A stretch of DNA of 63,541 nt, counting the filler. It is 8 parts of 8 records of this genome, joined end to end, with 100 filler letters (N's around TTAATTAATTAA, not from the genome) between each part and the next. Parts side by side here need not be neighbours in the genome. Positions count along the whole stretch, not along the records: positions 54,783 to 63,541 come from SRR31147125_15957; 7 more parts are not named here. One strand, written 5' to 3'. The position numbers and the translations under genes were made by a program. A model generated the notes under the pieces. The model saw nothing but the letters and a program-made list of their open reading frames with translations. It searched no databases and was not told where the DNA came from. Positions 62,315 through 63,541 of the stretch are shown here, in pieces (within the stretch, counting starts at the first letter, position 1; every line of letters starts with the position of its first letter).

Positions 62315-63541
62315 ATGAAACAATTTAAAAAATCATATACTTTAATTGGACTTGTAGCCGCTCTTTTGATTTCCTTTTCAAATATAGCTAAAGCACAGGT
62401 AGAAGAGATGGAATCGATGGAAGAAGTAATGGTTATTGCTCCTTTCAATCCTAGTATTAGTAAAGCTCACAAACTTAATTTTTCACCGCTCCTAGATACC
62501 AACAGAGCAGATAGAGTGCAAATAGATTATCTTACACTCCCCAAATTATTTGAGACCAACTATTCTGTGGAAAAACTCACTGCTGCAAAATTTATCGATC
62601 GTAGAAGTCCTAAATATGCGCAAAACTTTATTAAAGCAGGTTATGGTTTATATAATACTGCTTACGGAGAATTGTTCATCAACAACAAAATGAGTAAGGC
62701 ATCTCAAATGGGTGTTCATATACGCCATATCAGTACCAATGGAGGATTAGATGATTATGGATGGTCGGGAAATGCTTTAACTTCAGCCAAAGTATGGACC
62801 AAACATGTACAGCGTAAACAAACCACCCATTTAGGCGTTCAATACAAAAGGAATGCGGTACATCATTATGGTTTCAAACTGGAAGATTACCCTTCTGAAC
62901 TTGCGAACACCACCAACGAATTTAAAGACGATATCAAGCAAACCTATTCGCATTTTGGTTTCGATGTAAATATGCTGGGAACCTACGATAAAAGATTTAG
63001 AAATTGGGAGGTTGATTTAAACTATAAATACTTCTGGGATATTTTTAAAACCCAGGAACATTTGGTTGATTTATCGGCACATTATCATTTCCCTGTGGAT
63101 TGGGTAGATGTTAAATCGCAACATTTAGGCGTTGAATTCAATACCCAAACCTATAATACTCAGTTTAACTTCAATGGGCTTAATCCTGCAATAGATAGTA
63201 CCAGTAGTTATTTTCATGGATTATACGATGTGGCACCCTTTTACAAATTAGGCTGGGAAAGTTTCAGTATCGAATTGGGAGCCAAATTAAGCATGGGGCT
63301 AGATAGCAATACCAATGTGGCAGTAGCACCAAGGGTAAAACTAGATGTGGGTTTAATGGATGACGACCTCAGACTCTATGTGAAAGCAGGAGGAGGCTAT
63401 TATAACAATAGCATTTATGAGTTTAGTAAGGAAAATAATTTCATCACTCCCGTTGTTCCATTAAATTACTCTCAGGATGTGTATAATGTTGAATTAGGTT
63501 TAAAAGGACGATATTTAAGTTTTATCGATTATCATTTATTC
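62315..63541 (+). CDS. TonB-dependent-receptor-like outer-membrane beta-barrel (runs off the window; not in the ORF track)
   Basis: MKQFKKSYTLIG signal peptide, EEVMVIAPFNPSISKA-x-K, NFIKAGYG and beta-strand pattern; usual partner of the upstream TPR gene in Bacteroidota. Confidence 0.75.
   Translation, partial: MKQFKKSYTLIGLVAALLISFSNIAKAQVEEMESMEEVMVIAPFNPSISKAHKLNFSPLLDTNRADRVQIDYLTLPKLFETNYSVEKLTAAKFIDRRSPKYAQNFIKAGYGLYNTAYGELFINNKMSKASQMGVHIRHISTNGGLDDYGWSGNALTSAKVWTKHVQRKQTTHLGVQYKRNAVHHYGFKLEDYPSELANTTNEFKDDIKQTYSHFGFDVNMLGTYDKRFRNWEVDLNYKYFWDIFKTQEHLVDLSAHYHFPVDWVDVKSQHLGVEFNTQTYNTQFNFNGLNPAIDSTSSYFHGLYDVAPFYKLGWESFSIELGAKLSMGLDSNTNVAVAPRVKLDVGLMDDDLRLYVKAGGGYYNNSIYEFSKENNFITPVVPLNYSQDVYNVELGLKGRYLSFIDYHLF

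Noticed and set aside
1749-62448. Many short antisense or overlapping ORFs in the six-frame track (e.g. 1749-2108, 9211-9753, 11258-11695, 23134-23592, 52722-53135, 62245-62448)
   Set aside because: They are shadows of well-supported genes, with no recognisable motifs or RBS.
1-63541. CRISPR arrays, rRNA, integrases/transposases, recognisable riboswitches, alternative genetic code
   Set aside because: None was seen. Long ORFs read normally in code 11, and I found no repeat-spacer periodicity.

Overview
The window is not one locus. It is eight unrelated metagenomic contigs joined by seven 100-nt artificial spacers (N-runs around TTAATTAATTAA), and several genes are split by single frameshifts at homopolymer runs, most likely sequencing error. 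(A) 1-6030: an XYP-type tRNA-dependent cyclodipeptide synthase that appears fused to a degenerate YbaK/ProX-like aminoacyl-tRNA editing domain, then a DUF917 gene, an Asp/Glu/hydantoin-racemase-fold gene with an atypical active site, and a beta-propeller/SpoIIE sensor phosphatase. (B) 6131-17667: a Bacteroidota alginate utilisation locus (SusD, Tat-exported TIM barrel, heparinase II/III-like lyase, NRAMP-like transporter, PL6, PL17, KdgF, ExuT-like MFS). (C) 17768-27359: a LacI-regulated sugar ABC operon with two FAD-dependent oxidoreductases, a 5'-truncated Zn-dehydrogenase and rlmG. (D) 27460-33118: a tRNA 3' end, a solitary ectC next to a RimJ-type GNAT, udk and EamA. (E) 33219-40673: a sulfatase, a hybrid two-component system and an sxtJ/sxtK/carbamoyltransferase-like cassette. 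(F) 40774-46275: a GlpT-like MFS, an alkaline-phosphatase-superfamily enzyme and an FG-GAP propeller. (G) 46376-54682: RND efflux, GT2, a HigBA-like toxin-antitoxin pair, a fucose-isomerase-like protein and a class III cyclase. (H) 54783-63541: two T9SS cargo proteins, a TPR protein and a TonB-receptor-like protein. The best candidate for an undescribed system is the YbaK-like::CDPS fusion and its DUF917/racemase neighbours. All family calls come from motif recognition by eye, with no database search.
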